The notes under the pieces are model-generated. The model made no database searches, had not been told where the DNA came from, and worked only from the letters and a program-made list of their open reading frames with translations. From Candidatus Omnitrophota bacterium (GTDB taxonomy: Bacteria > Omnitrophota > Gorgyraeia > Gygaellales > Profunditerraquicolaceae), in assembly GCA_041308845.1 (NCBI GenBank), contig JBFZAT010000002.1:566-64565 (forward strand): a stretch of 64,000 nucleotides of DNA, given 5' to 3'. Positions 29,476-39,552 of this stretch are shown here, piece after piece (the stretch's first letter is position 1; the number at the start of each line of letters is the position of its first letter). Position numbers and translations under genes: made by a program.

Positions 29476-30510
29476 ATGTTAATTAACGTAGCAATAATCG
29501 GGGCGACCGGACATACCGGAGAAGTTTTACTTGAACTTTTACTCGGGCATACTAATGTTAGAATTTGTCATTTGTACAATAGCGGGAGAAATTCTGCTAA
29601 ACCTCAGCTTATTACGGATGTTTTTCCTAAATTCAAAAATCGCCTGGATTTAGTTTGTAAAAAACCGGATTGGACGGAGATTAAAAAAGACTGCGATCTA
29701 GTTTTTTTGGCTCTACCGCATACTGTTTCAATGCAATTTGCACCTAAACTTTTAAGTTTAGGCAAAAAAGTTATTGATTTAAGCGCAGATTACCGGTTAA
29801 AGAATTCAGAAGTTTACAGAAAATTTTATAAAATTTCTCACCAGGATAAAACTAATTTAAAAACAGCAGTTTACGGATTACCGGAATTATACCGGGCTAA
29901 AATTAAGACCGCCAGGCTTTTAGCCAACCCAGGGTGTTATCCTACTTGTGCCATTTTGGCCTTGGCTCCGCTTTTAGCGATGAATTTGGTGGATACAGAT
30001 TCCGTAATTATCGACGCTAAGAGTGGAGTAAGCGGAGCGGGTAAAAAGCTGGAAAAGGAATATTTATTTTCCGAAATCCAGGGTGATTTCCGGGCATATA
30101 AAGTCAACGTGCATCAGCATGCACCGGAAATTAACCAATTACTTTCTAAAATCTCCGGGAAACGAATCGAGGCAATTTTTGTACCACATCTTTTACCCAT
30201 CGAGCGGGGAATTTTGGAAACTATTTATTTAAAAAAATCCAGCAAAGCTAAGTTAAAGACTAGCAGTCTGACCAAATTATATAAAAATTTTTATAAAGGC
30301 GAACCGTTTGTGCGGATTAAGAGTGAAGGTATTTTTCCGCGCATTAAAGATGTGATTAAAACCAATTTTTGCGATATCGGCATTCAGGATTTCGGTCAGA
30401 GGGTTATTGTTATCGGGGCGATTGATAATTTATTAAAAGGTGCCTCTAGTCAGGCAGTGCAGAATATGAATATTATGTATAAGTTGCCGGAAACTACTGG
30501 ATTATTATGA
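29476..30510 (+). CDS. argC: N-acetyl-gamma-glutamyl-phosphate reductase
   Basis: VAIIGATGHTGE NAD-binding motif and active-site Cys context LLANPGCYPT. Confidence 0.9.
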   Translation: MLINVAIIGATGHTGEVLLELLLGHTNVRICHLYNSGRNSAKPQLITDVFPKFKNRLDLVCKKPDWTEIKKDCDLVFLALPHTVSMQFAPKLLSLGKKVIDLSADYRLKNSEVYRKFYKISHQDKTNLKTAVYGLPELYRAKIKTARLLANPGCYPTCAILALAPLLAMNLVDTDSVIIDAKSGVSGAGKKLEKEYLFSEIQGDFRAYKVNVHQHAPEINQLLSKISGKRIEAIFVPHLLPIERGILETIYLKKSSKAKLKTSSLTKLYKNFYKGEPFVRIKSEGIFPRIKDVIKTNFCDIGIQDFGQRVIVIGAIDNLLKGASSQAVQNMNIMYKLPETTGLL

Positions 30511-31643
30511 AAAAAATATTGAATGCTATTTTACCTAAGGGGTTTAAAGCCAATGGCGTGGCCTGTGGATTGAAGAAATCTGGTAAGCCGGATTTAGCTT
30601 TGATTTATTCGAAGGTTCCGGCCCTGGCTTGTGCAAAGTTTACTACCAATAGCATTATTGCCGCTCCTTTGGTAGTTTGTCAAGAACGCCTCAAATCCGG
30701 CAGTAAATTTCGCGCGGTTTTAGTTAATAGCGGAAATGCCAATTGTTTTACCGGTAAACTTGGCATCCGGGATGCCGAAGAATCCTCTGGCTATCTTGCT
30801 CAGGCATTAGGCATTGATAAAAATAGTGTTTTGGTTAATTCCACGGGTATTATCGGGAAGAGATTAGATTTGGGCAAAATTAAATCAGGGATTCCGGAAT
30901 TAGTCTGTGGATTATCCAGTTTCGGTATTCATAAGGCTAAAACTGCCATTATGACCACGGATACTTTTCCTAAAGAAATAAGCCTAAGAATTAAACTAGG
31001 TAATAAAATGGTGCGTATTTGTGGCATCGCCAAAGGTGCCGGAATGATTGCCCCGAATATGGCCACCATGCTCTGTTTTATTATGACAGATGCTTTGATC
31101 GCTAAGCGGGCTTTAAATAAAGTGCTCGCTGCTGCTGTAGATAAATCCTTTAACTGTATTTCTGTTGATGGATGCATGAGCACTAATGATACAGTCCTGG
31201 TTTTGGCTAACGGCGCTGCTGGCAATTCCATTATCTCTTCCGGTGATGATTTAGAAAAGTTTTCTAAAGCCCTGCAATTAATCTGTTTGGTTTTAGCTAA
31301 AATGGTAATTTTGGATGCGGAAGGGGCAACTAAGTTTATCCAGATTGATGTTTATCGGGCCAAGAATGTAACCGAAGCAAAAACAATAGCTTTGCTTATT
31401 GCTAATTCTGTCTTGTTTAAAACCGCGGTTTTCGGAGAAAATCCGAATTTTGGCCGGATCGCTGCGGCGGTAGGGGCAAGCGGATTAGGGATTAAAGAAG
31501 GTCAATTAAAAATCAAACTCGGCACACTAAAAAGCAAGAAGGTTAGGGTAGCGGTTAGCCTATCTCGGGGTAAGGCTAAATGTACAGTTTACACCAATGA
31601 CCTTACTCCGGAGTACGTAAAGATTAATGCCGCTTATAACTAA
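30507..31643 (+). CDS. argJ: bifunctional glutamate N-acetyltransferase/amino-acid acetyltransferase
   Basis: ATMLCFIMTDA autoprocessing-site region (ATML/T) and ArgJ family length. Confidence 0.9.
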   Translation: MKKILNAILPKGFKANGVACGLKKSGKPDLALIYSKVPALACAKFTTNSIIAAPLVVCQERLKSGSKFRAVLVNSGNANCFTGKLGIRDAEESSGYLAQALGIDKNSVLVNSTGIIGKRLDLGKIKSGIPELVCGLSSFGIHKAKTAIMTTDTFPKEISLRIKLGNKMVRICGIAKGAGMIAPNMATMLCFIMTDALIAKRALNKVLAAAVDKSFNCISVDGCMSTNDTVLVLANGAAGNSIISSGDDLEKFSKALQLICLVLAKMVILDAEGATKFIQIDVYRAKNVTEAKTIALLIANSVLFKTAVFGENPNFGRIAAAVGASGLGIKEGQLKIKLGTLKSKKVRVAVSLSRGKAKCTVYTNDLTPEYVKINAAYN

Positions 31644-31674
31644 ACTAATTAGAAGTGGGGGTTAGAAAAGAACA

Positions 31675-32529
31675 ATGAAAGAGGCGATCAGAAAAGCTGA
31701 TGTTTTAATTGAGGCGTTACCTTATATCAAGCGGTTTCATAAAAAGGTAATTGTAATCAAATACGGCGGTAGTATTTTGGGTGATGAAAAAATCCGCAAT
31801 AGTGTCCTAGAGGACATTGTATTTTTAAATTTTATGGGTTTACGCCCGATTTTAGTACACGGAGGCGGTCCGAATATTAGTGAGCGAATGCGTGCAATCG
31901 GTAAGAAGACAGAGTTTGTTGAAGGAATGCGGGTGACCGATGCAGAAACTTTAAAGCTGGTTGAAGAAGAGTTACTAACGTTAAATAAATTAATTATCAA
32001 AGAATTGAGTAGTTTAGGAGCCAAGGCTGTCGGCTTAAATGGTAAAAATGACGGTTTGATCCAGGTTGAAAAAAAGAAAAGCAAGTCGGATATCGGTTTA
32101 GTGGGGCAGATTCAGGGTATTAATACTGAGTTGTTGGAGAGCGAGTTAAAGAAAGATAAAGTTCTAGTGCTTGCGCCATTGGGGAGCGGTAAGGACGGCA
32201 AGACTTATAATGTTAATGCTGATGAAGCAGCTGCTTGGGTGGGTGCGCAGATGCAGGCGGAAAAACTTGTTTTATTAACTAACGTTAAAGGTATTATGCG
32301 TAATCCTGAGGATCCCCATTCGTTTATTTCAACTTTGACAGTAGAGGAGGCCGGAGGATTAATTGCTAATAATATTATTCAGCAGGGAATGATTCCTAAG
32401 GTCAGCGCCTGCGTGGAAGCTCTGCGGGGGGGAGTTAAAAAAACGCACATTATTGATGCGCGGACGCCACATGGGCTTTTGCTTGAGATTTTTACGGATC
32501 AGGGTATCGGAACTGAAATTATTCAATGA
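31675..32529 (+). CDS. argB: acetylglutamate kinase
   Basis: VIKYGGS and ILVHGGGP amino-acid-kinase motifs. Confidence 0.9.
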   Translation: MKEAIRKADVLIEALPYIKRFHKKVIVIKYGGSILGDEKIRNSVLEDIVFLNFMGLRPILVHGGGPNISERMRAIGKKTEFVEGMRVTDAETLKLVEEELLTLNKLIIKELSSLGAKAVGLNGKNDGLIQVEKKKSKSDIGLVGQIQGINTELLESELKKDKVLVLAPLGSGKDGKTYNVNADEAAAWVGAQMQAEKLVLLTNVKGIMRNPEDPHSFISTLTVEEAGGLIANNIIQQGMIPKVSACVEALRGGVKKTHIIDARTPHGLLLEIFTDQGIGTEIIQ

Positions 32530-33722
32530 AGCTAGACGAAATTTTTAAAATTTACCAAGAAAACATTATGCCTACCTATAACAAGACGCCGCTGATTTTT
32601 ACCAAGGGTAAAGGTTCCTGGCTTTGGGATCTTCAAGGCAAGGTTTATCTGGATTTCTTCCCGGGTTGGGGGGTGGGTAATTTAGGGCATTGTTATCCTG
32701 GGGTGATGCAGGGAGTAAGAGATCAAATTAGTAAATTGATATTTATTCCGAATAATTATTACCATCCTTTTCAGGCTAAATTAGCTAAAGAATTAGTGTA
32801 TCTAAGTTTCCCGGGTAAAGTATTTTTTGCTAATTCCGGAGCTGAAGCTAATGAGGCGGCCATTAAATTGGCTAGAAAATTTGGTGCAACCGCTCAGTCG
32901 GGCGGAAGTCAGGGTAGATATGAGATAATCACTTTTGAAAATGCTTTTCACGGCAGGACCTTAGCGGCTTTAGCGGCAACTGGTCAAGAAAAATACCAAA
33001 ATGGTTTTGCGCCGCTGCCGGCAGGATTTAAACAGGTTAAGTTCAATGACCTGGAGGCAGTAAAGCGGGCAATTACCGATAAAACAGTAGCAGTGATGCT
33101 GGAGCTTGTTCAAGGCGAGGGTGGAATTAACCTGGCCCAGCAGGATTTCGTGCTGGGTTTAAGAAAACTTTGTGATGAAAAGAAAATGTTGATGATTATC
33201 GATGAAGTCCAGACCGGGATTGGCCGGACCGCTAGAATGTTCGCTTATCAGCACTATGGGGTTATTCCGGATGTGATGACTTTGGCTAAAGCTTTAGGCG
33301 GCGGTTTACCTATTGGAGCGATGATTGCTAGAAAAGAACTGGGGGATATTCTAACCCCGGGTATGCACGCTTCTACTTTTGGAGGAGGGCCGGTAATCTG
33401 TCGGGCTGCGCTGGGTGTTTTAAGGGGGATACAGAAAGATAAGGTTTTAAATAATTGCCAAAAGATGGGGGAGTATCTTTTAGAAAGATTAATTGTGCTT
33501 AAAAATACTTATCCGGTGATTAAAGAGGTACGCGGGCTGGGCTTAATGCTGGGAGTGGAATTAAATATTGAAGGCAAACAGATTGTACAATCGGCTATGC
33601 AGCGGGGTTTATTGATTAATTGCACACACGATAAGGTCCTTAGATTAATGCCGGCTTTGAATGTAAGTAAAAAAGAAATCGATAAGGCTGTCGATATATT
33701 AAAGGATCTGTTTAAGGTTTAA
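32526..33722 (+). CDS. argD: acetylornithine aminotransferase
   Basis: Class III PLP aminotransferase; IIDEVQTGIGRTA and the Lys-containing TLAKALGGG motif. Confidence 0.85.
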   Translation: MKLDEIFKIYQENIMPTYNKTPLIFTKGKGSWLWDLQGKVYLDFFPGWGVGNLGHCYPGVMQGVRDQISKLIFIPNNYYHPFQAKLAKELVYLSFPGKVFFANSGAEANEAAIKLARKFGATAQSGGSQGRYEIITFENAFHGRTLAALAATGQEKYQNGFAPLPAGFKQVKFNDLEAVKRAITDKTVAVMLELVQGEGGINLAQQDFVLGLRKLCDEKKMLMIIDEVQTGIGRTARMFAYQHYGVIPDVMTLAKALGGGLPIGAMIARKELGDILTPGMHASTFGGGPVICRAALGVLRGIQKDKVLNNCQKMGEYLLERLIVLKNTYPVIKEVRGLGLMLGVELNIEGKQIVQSAMQRGLLINCTHDKVLRLMPALNVSKKEIDKAVDILKDLFKV

Positions 33723-33737
33723 TATCCGGGAGCGAGA

Positions 33738-34688
33738 ATGAAAAAAGATTTAATTTCTATTCGGGACTTAAGTGCTCAAGAAATTGAGGATTTATTTAGT
33801 TTAGCAGTTAATTTAAAAAGGAATAAATCTAAATTCAATCGGGTTCTAGCCGGTAAGACTTTGGCTTTAGTGTTTCAGAAGCCTTCTAATCGTACGCGAG
33901 TATCTTTTGAAGTCGGGATGTATCAATTGGGAGGTAATTCTGTTTATTTGTCTCCTAGTGAAATTAACTTAGGGGTTCGAGAAACAGTCAAAGATGCAGC
34001 CAAAACTATTTCGCGTTATGTCGACGGAATTGTCCTGAGAACCTTTGAACATAAGAATTGTGTAGATATGGCCCAGGCTGCTCAGGTTCCGGTGATTAAT
34101 GGTCTTTCTGATTTTTCGCACCCTTGCCAAGCTTTAGCTGACCTTTTCACTATTGGCGAAAAATTTGCGCGTCTAAACCAATTTTCGCAAAAGGGCAGGA
34201 GATTAAGAGGCTTAACCCTGGCTTATGTCGGCGACGGTAATAATGTTTGCAATTCTTTATTATTTGCTTCGGCTAAAACCGGCATGAATATCGCCGTGGC
34301 TACTCCGGCCGGGTACGCCCCTAATCCCCAGGTGGTCAAGCAAGCTAAAGAGATTGCCGAAGAAACGTTGAGCCAGATAACAATTACTGAAGATCCGTTG
34401 TGCGCAGTTAACGCTGCCAATGTGGTTTATACGGATGTTTGGGCCAGTATGGGCCAGGAAAAGGAAATCAGCCAAAGAAAAATTATCTTTAAAGATTTTC
34501 AGATTAATGCTAGACTTTTAACTAATGCTGCGCCCGGAGTTTTAGTAATGCATTGTTTACCGGCGCATCGCGGAGAAGAGATAACTGACGAAGTCCTGGA
34601 TAGCAAGAATTCCGTAGTTTTCGACCAGGCAGAAAATAGAATGCATGTGCAAAAGGCGATTTTAATTAAATTATTAGGTAGAAATTAA
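33738..34688 (+). CDS. argF: ornithine carbamoyltransferase
   Basis: STRTRVSFE carbamoyl-phosphate-binding motif and the HCLPAHRGEE ornithine-binding motif. Confidence 0.85.
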   Translation: MKKDLISIRDLSAQEIEDLFSLAVNLKRNKSKFNRVLAGKTLALVFQKPSNRTRVSFEVGMYQLGGNSVYLSPSEINLGVRETVKDAAKTISRYVDGIVLRTFEHKNCVDMAQAAQVPVINGLSDFSHPCQALADLFTIGEKFARLNQFSQKGRRLRGLTLAYVGDGNNVCNSLLFASAKTGMNIAVATPAGYAPNPQVVKQAKEIAEETLSQITITEDPLCAVNAANVVYTDVWASMGQEKEISQRKIIFKDFQINARLLTNAAPGVLVMHCLPAHRGEEITDEVLDSKNSVVFDQAENRMHVQKAILIKLLGRN

Positions 34689-34760
34689 CGGGTGATTCTA
34701 TGCACTCGGCGTTAATTGGTATTGCGACGGTGTGGCCTCGTGACCACCAGGACCCGCTAA
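34688..34760. repeat. ~70-nt imperfect palindromic intergenic repeat, copy D (inverted relative to A/B)
   Basis: Ends ...caggacccgctaa, the exact reverse complement of the A/B left end (ttagcgggtcctg). Contains attggtattgcg shared with copy C. Begins at the argF stop codon. Confidence 0.6.
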
Positions 34761-34793
34761 TTTAAGATAATTTTATTTCAATCAGGAGAGAAG

Positions 34794-35975
34794 ATGAAGA
34801 AGGTAGTATTAGCATATTCAGGCGGATTAGATACCTCTTGTATTGTGCGCTGGCTAAAAGAACGGGGCTATGAAGTAATTTGTTTCGTCGCTGACCTTGG
34901 CCAGGGTTTAGGCCAGGGTGAAAATTTCGAAGCTATTGAAAAACGGGCGCTGGCCGCCGGGGCTTCCAAAGTCTACATTCGGGACCTGCAGGAAGAATTT
35001 ATAAGTGATTTTATTATTCCGTCTTTGAAGGCCAATGCGATATATGAAGGTAAATATCTTTTGGCTACAGCATTAGGCCGGCCCTTGATTGCTAAATACC
35101 TGGTGCAGATTGCCCATAAAGAAAAGGCAGGAGCTGTGGCACACGGTTGCACGGGTAAAGGCAATGATCAGGTGAGGCTGGAAGTGGCTGTAGGCATACT
35201 TGATCCGAAATTAGAGATTATCGCTCCGGTCAGGGAATGGGAGTTTAAATCACGGGAAGAGGAGATCGAATACGCGCAGAAACATAATATTCCGATTGAT
35301 GTCACCAAGAAAAAGCCTTATAGCATTGATCGTAATATTTGGGGCATAAGTATTGAGGCGGGTGTACTCGAGAACTTAGAGCAGGAGCCACCCGAAGATG
35401 CCTACATAATTACCAAAAGCCCGACTCACTCTGCCGGTTATCCGCGCTATATCGAAATAACTTTTAGCCGGGGAGTACCGGTGAAAGTTGACGCTAAAGC
35501 GTATAAAATTAAAAATTTAATCAGTTATCTAAATGAAGTTGGGGGGCAGTTTGGAGTAGGTAGAAGCGACCTGGTGGAAAACAGATTGGTGGGGATTAAG
35601 TCCCGGGAGATATATGAGGCCCCGGCTGCTACTATTCTTTACACTGCGCATAAAGAGCTGGAGGCTTTGGTCCTCGACCGGGAGTTGGCGCATTTTAAGG
35701 AGATGATCAGCCTGAAATACGCAGAACTGGTTTATTACGGATTATGGTTTTCCGCTTTAAAAGAAGCCCTGGATGGTTTTGTAAGTAAAACTCAAAAGTT
35801 TGTCAGCGGCACTATCAGATTAAGATTATCTAAAGGTACTTGTGTTGCCGTGGGCAGAAAGTCCGCCAACTCTCTTTATAAAAAAGAGTTGAGTACTTAC
35901 GGCAAAGAAGATAAATTTGATCAAAAACTGGCTGAAGGGTTTATTAAACTTTGGGGTATGCCTTATAAAAGATAG
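34794..35975 (+). CDS. argG: argininosuccinate synthase
   Basis: AYSGGLDTS PP-loop ATP-binding motif; 393 aa. Confidence 0.9.
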   Translation: MKKVVLAYSGGLDTSCIVRWLKERGYEVICFVADLGQGLGQGENFEAIEKRALAAGASKVYIRDLQEEFISDFIIPSLKANAIYEGKYLLATALGRPLIAKYLVQIAHKEKAGAVAHGCTGKGNDQVRLEVAVGILDPKLEIIAPVREWEFKSREEEIEYAQKHNIPIDVTKKKPYSIDRNIWGISIEAGVLENLEQEPPEDAYIITKSPTHSAGYPRYIEITFSRGVPVKVDAKAYKIKNLISYLNEVGGQFGVGRSDLVENRLVGIKSREIYEAPAATILYTAHKELEALVLDRELAHFKEMISLKYAELVYYGLWFSALKEALDGFVSKTQKFVSGTIRLRLSKGTCVAVGRKSANSLYKKELSTYGKEDKFDQKLAEGFIKLWGMPYKR

Positions 35976-35978
35976 TAA

Positions 35979-36047
35979 TTAAGCGGGTCCTGTCTTAGGT
36001 ATTTTCTCGCGCTGACGTTGCTCGAAAACACCCAAGCCACCCGCTTA
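35979..36047. repeat. ~70-nt imperfect palindromic intergenic repeat, copy B
   Basis: ttaagcgggtcctgtcttaggtattttct...cgaaaacacccaagccacccgcttaa; ~85% identical to copy A. Confidence 0.7.
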
Positions 36048-36084
36048 AACAGTAATTTTATATAATTATTGATTAGGAGACAAA

Positions 36085-37458
36085 ATGGCAAAGAAATTAT
36101 GGGGCACAAGATTCAGCAAATTAACGCACGCGCTTACCGATAAGTTTACTTCTTCTATAGCTTTTGACCAGCGGTTAGCCAAGTATGATATTTCAGGCAG
36201 TATCGCTCATGCTAGGATGCTAGGTAAACAAAAGATTATTCCATCCAAAGACGCTCAAGCGATTATTAAAGGCCTAGGTTTGATACTTAAGGATATCCAG
36301 GGAGGTAAGTTTAAATTCGATTTAGACGCAGAAGATATCCATTCTAACATTCAGGAGTTGTTGGTTAAAAAAATCGGAGAGCCGGCGGCTAAATTGCATA
36401 CCGCTCGTTCACGTAATGATCAGGTGGCTTTAGATATTAGGATGTATTTAAAAAGCGAGATCGATAAATTAGCTGAGAGTATTATTCAAATGCAAAAATC
36501 AATATTGAAATTTGCTCGGTCTAGCTTACAGGTTATTATCCCCGGTTATACCCACTTGCAGATTGCTCAACCGGTATTGATGAGCCATCACCTGTTGAGT
36601 TATATTGAGGGCTTAGAAAGGGATAAAGGCCGTCTTTTAGATGCTAAGAAACGGATTGATGCGATGCCTTTGGGGGCTTGCGCATTTTCCGGAACAGGTT
36701 TACCGATTGATCGGAATTTAGTCAGAAAAGAGTTGAGGTTTGCCCAATTAACCGATAATAGTATTGATAGCGTAAGCGATCGAGATTTTGTCCTCGAGGT
36801 GCTGGCTGGTTTGACTATAATTGCCGTACATTTATCGCGCATTGCCGAAGACCTGATCCTTTGGAGCACGCATGAATTTAATTTTATCGATATTGATTTT
36901 TCTTTTTGTACCGGATCCAGTATTATGCCACATAAAAAAAATCCGGATGTTCTAGAATTAATCCGGGGTTCGGTTGGTAAAATCCACGGGGACCTTTCTA
37001 GCGTGATCACCCTGATGAAAGGGTTGCCGTCTTCTTATAACCGGGATCTACAGCTGGATAAACCTCCGCTTTTTGATGCCCTAGATATGATAAAGGATAT
37101 TTTGGAAATTTTTACTGCACTTTTTGGAAAAATTGTGATTAAAAAAGAGGCAATCGCCGGTAAAATTAAAGACGAATCTTTGTTTTCGGTAGATATCGTT
37201 GAATATTTGATTAAGAAAGGCGTAACTTACCGTAAGGCCCATGATATTGTAGGCAAAATGGTTGTCAATTGCCTGGATAAGGGTAAAAAAATATCCGCTT
37301 TATCAGACGCCGAATTGAAGAAATTTTCAGCTAAGCTGTCTTCGGATATCCGGGATATCCTGAATGCCCGGGTTTCGGTGAATCTCAAAGTATCTTACGG
37401 CAGCACAAACCCTAGATTAGTAGCTCAGCAATTAAACAGATGGAGTAAAAAACTTTAG
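36085..37458 (+). CDS. argH: argininosuccinate lyase
   Basis: Fumarate-lyase family GSSIMPHKKNPD signature; 457 aa. Confidence 0.9.
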   Translation: MAKKLWGTRFSKLTHALTDKFTSSIAFDQRLAKYDISGSIAHARMLGKQKIIPSKDAQAIIKGLGLILKDIQGGKFKFDLDAEDIHSNIQELLVKKIGEPAAKLHTARSRNDQVALDIRMYLKSEIDKLAESIIQMQKSILKFARSSLQVIIPGYTHLQIAQPVLMSHHLLSYIEGLERDKGRLLDAKKRIDAMPLGACAFSGTGLPIDRNLVRKELRFAQLTDNSIDSVSDRDFVLEVLAGLTIIAVHLSRIAEDLILWSTHEFNFIDIDFSFCTGSSIMPHKKNPDVLELIRGSVGKIHGDLSSVITLMKGLPSSYNRDLQLDKPPLFDALDMIKDILEIFTALFGKIVIKKEAIAGKIKDESLFSVDIVEYLIKKGVTYRKAHDIVGKMVVNCLDKGKKISALSDAELKKFSAKLSSDIRDILNARVSVNLKVSYGSTNPRLVAQQLNRWSKKL

Positions 37459-37506
37459 TTAGTAGCCGGGATTAATAAGAGTTTAAAAGTAATTAACAAG
37501 GAATCA

Positions 37507-38766
37507 ATGCACGATTTTACATATAAAAATAATAAACTCTACTGTGAAAATGTTAAAGTAGAAGATTTAGCTAAAAGGTTCGCTACCCCGCTTTATATCT
37601 ATAGTTATCATACTTTAACTGACCACTATTTAAAGCTTAAATCTGCTTTTTCTGGAATCAAGCCATTGATTTGTTATTCGGTTAAAGCCAACTCCAATCT
37701 GTCTATATTAAAATCATTAGTGGATTTAGGGGCCGGCTTAGATATCGTCTCTGGAGGGGAGCTCTTCCGCGCTCAAACCGTTAATTGCCCGGCGGAAAGG
37801 ATTGTTTATGCTTCGGTCGGTAAAACCGATAAAGAGATTACCGCGGCGATTACTGCTGGGATATTATTTTTTAATGTTGAATCTTTGGCTGAACTTGAGA
37901 ATATTAACCGGATTGCTAAGGGGCTAAATAAAACTACGCGTGTGGCGATCCGGATTAACCCGGATGTTGAAGCTAAAACGCATAAATATATTACTACTGG
38001 TAAACTGACCAATAAGTTCGGGATTGACTTAAAGAGCGCCGCTAAAATTTTATTACTGCGGAATAAATTCCGTAATTTGAATATTTGTGGCTTACATATT
38101 CATATCGGTTCTCAGATTACCCAGAGCGCTCCGTTTGTGGAGGCGGTGAAAAAGGTTTCTAATTTTATCCAGCGCTTAAAAGCTAAGGGTATTTTACTAG
38201 AGTATCTGAATATCGGAGGAGGATTGGGGATTATTTATGATCAGGAGATGCCTCAAACCGCTCAAATTTACGCCGGACAAATTATCCCGCTTTTAAAAAA
38301 GACTGGGCTTAAAATAATTATGGAGCCTGGGCGATTCATTGTAGGCAATGCCGGGATACTGGTAGCAAAGGTGCTTTATATTAAAAATACTCCAAAGAAG
38401 AAATTTATTATTGTAGACGCCGGGATGAATGATTTGGTTCGTCCGGCTTTATATTCGGCTTATCATAATATTTGTCCATTATCTAAAATCTCAAAAAAAG
38501 AAAAAGCTGATTTAGTGGGGCCGATCTGTGAAAGCGGCGATTTCTTAGCTAAAGAGCGTTTATTGGCTAGAGTTCAGGAAGGGGATTATCTGGCGGTGAT
38601 GAGCGCGGGGGCTTACGGTTTTAGTATGTCTAGTAACTATAATTCCCGCTTGCGCCCCGCAGAGATTATGGTTAAAGAAAATAAAGTATTAGTGATTAGG
38701 AAAAGAGATACGCATCTGGATCTGGTACGCAATGAAGTACTGGCGAGCAATCTCAATAAGCCATAA
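37507..38766 (+). CDS. lysA: diaminopimelate decarboxylase
   Basis: Fold-III PLP decarboxylase: YSVKAN (PLP Lys) and EPGR motifs and the C-terminal CESGD. Confidence 0.9.
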   Translation: MHDFTYKNNKLYCENVKVEDLAKRFATPLYIYSYHTLTDHYLKLKSAFSGIKPLICYSVKANSNLSILKSLVDLGAGLDIVSGGELFRAQTVNCPAERIVYASVGKTDKEITAAITAGILFFNVESLAELENINRIAKGLNKTTRVAIRINPDVEAKTHKYITTGKLTNKFGIDLKSAAKILLLRNKFRNLNICGLHIHIGSQITQSAPFVEAVKKVSNFIQRLKAKGILLEYLNIGGGLGIIYDQEMPQTAQIYAGQIIPLLKKTGLKIIMEPGRFIVGNAGILVAKVLYIKNTPKKKFIIVDAGMNDLVRPALYSAYHNICPLSKISKKEKADLVGPICESGDFLAKERLLARVQEGDYLAVMSAGAYGFSMSSNYNSRLRPAEIMVKENKVLVIRKRDTHLDLVRNEVLASNLNKP

Positions 38767-39552
38767 ATGAAAAAAATTAAATTCACTAAAATGGTAGGCA
38801 GTGGCAATGATTTTATAGTGATTTCCGGCAGGCCGTCTGGCAACTTGTCGAAATTAGCCAGAACTTTATGCGATCGGAAATTCGCCATCGGAGCTGACGG
38901 TTTACTTATATTGGAAAAATGCCGGAATGCGGATTTAAGAATGCGGATATTCAATGCCGATGGTTCGGAGGCAGAGATGTGCGGTAATGGAGCCCGTTGC
39001 GCGGCTTTTTTCCACGGCCGGCCTCAAACCACTTTGTTGACGGATGCCGGAGTTATTAATGCGCAAGTCGATGGTATGCGGGTAAAGATCCAGCTTACCG
39101 CTCCCCGGCAGATAAAGCTGGACCTTCCTTTAAAATTAAGCGACAGATTACTCAAAGTAAATTTTATTAATACCGGTGTGCCGCATGTGGTAGTTTTTGT
39201 CAGTGGGATCGAGAAGATTGATGTAAAGCATTTAGGCCGGTTGATCAGAAACCATGTGAGATTCGCGCCTTCTGGCACAAACGTTAATTTTGTGGAAGAA
39301 AAAGGTAAAGATTTTATCCAGATCCGCACCTATGAAAGAGGAGTTGAAGATGAAACCTTAGCTTGTGGAACCGGAAGTACCGCGGCGGCTTTGATTTTGG
39401 CTTTAAAAAATAACTCCGAAAATTTAATTAAGGTTAAAACACAAAGCGGTGAGATTCTTAAAGTATATTTTTATAAGGTGGCAGGCGATTTTAAGAAGGT
39501 TTGGCTAGAAGGCAGCGTTAGAATCGTTTACAAAGGAGAATACTATGTTTAA
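38767..39552 (+). CDS. dapF: diaminopimelate epimerase
   Basis: FTKMVGSGNDF N-terminal signature, with the catalytic Cys in MCGNGARC and the second in LACGTGS. Confidence 0.85.
   Translation: MKKIKFTKMVGSGNDFIVISGRPSGNLSKLARTLCDRKFAIGADGLLILEKCRNADLRMRIFNADGSEAEMCGNGARCAAFFHGRPQTTLLTDAGVINAQVDGMRVKIQLTAPRQIKLDLPLKLSDRLLKVNFINTGVPHVVVFVSGIEKIDVKHLGRLIRNHVRFAPSGTNVNFVEEKGKDFIQIRTYERGVEDETLACGTGSTAAALILALKNNSENLIKVKTQSGEILKVYFYKVAGDFKKVWLEGSVRIVYKGEYYV

Noticed and set aside
12307-36047. CRISPR array interpretation of the ~70-nt repeats
   Set aside because: Copies are 8-14 kb apart, differ in orientation, and are not separated by regular short spacers. No cas genes are present.
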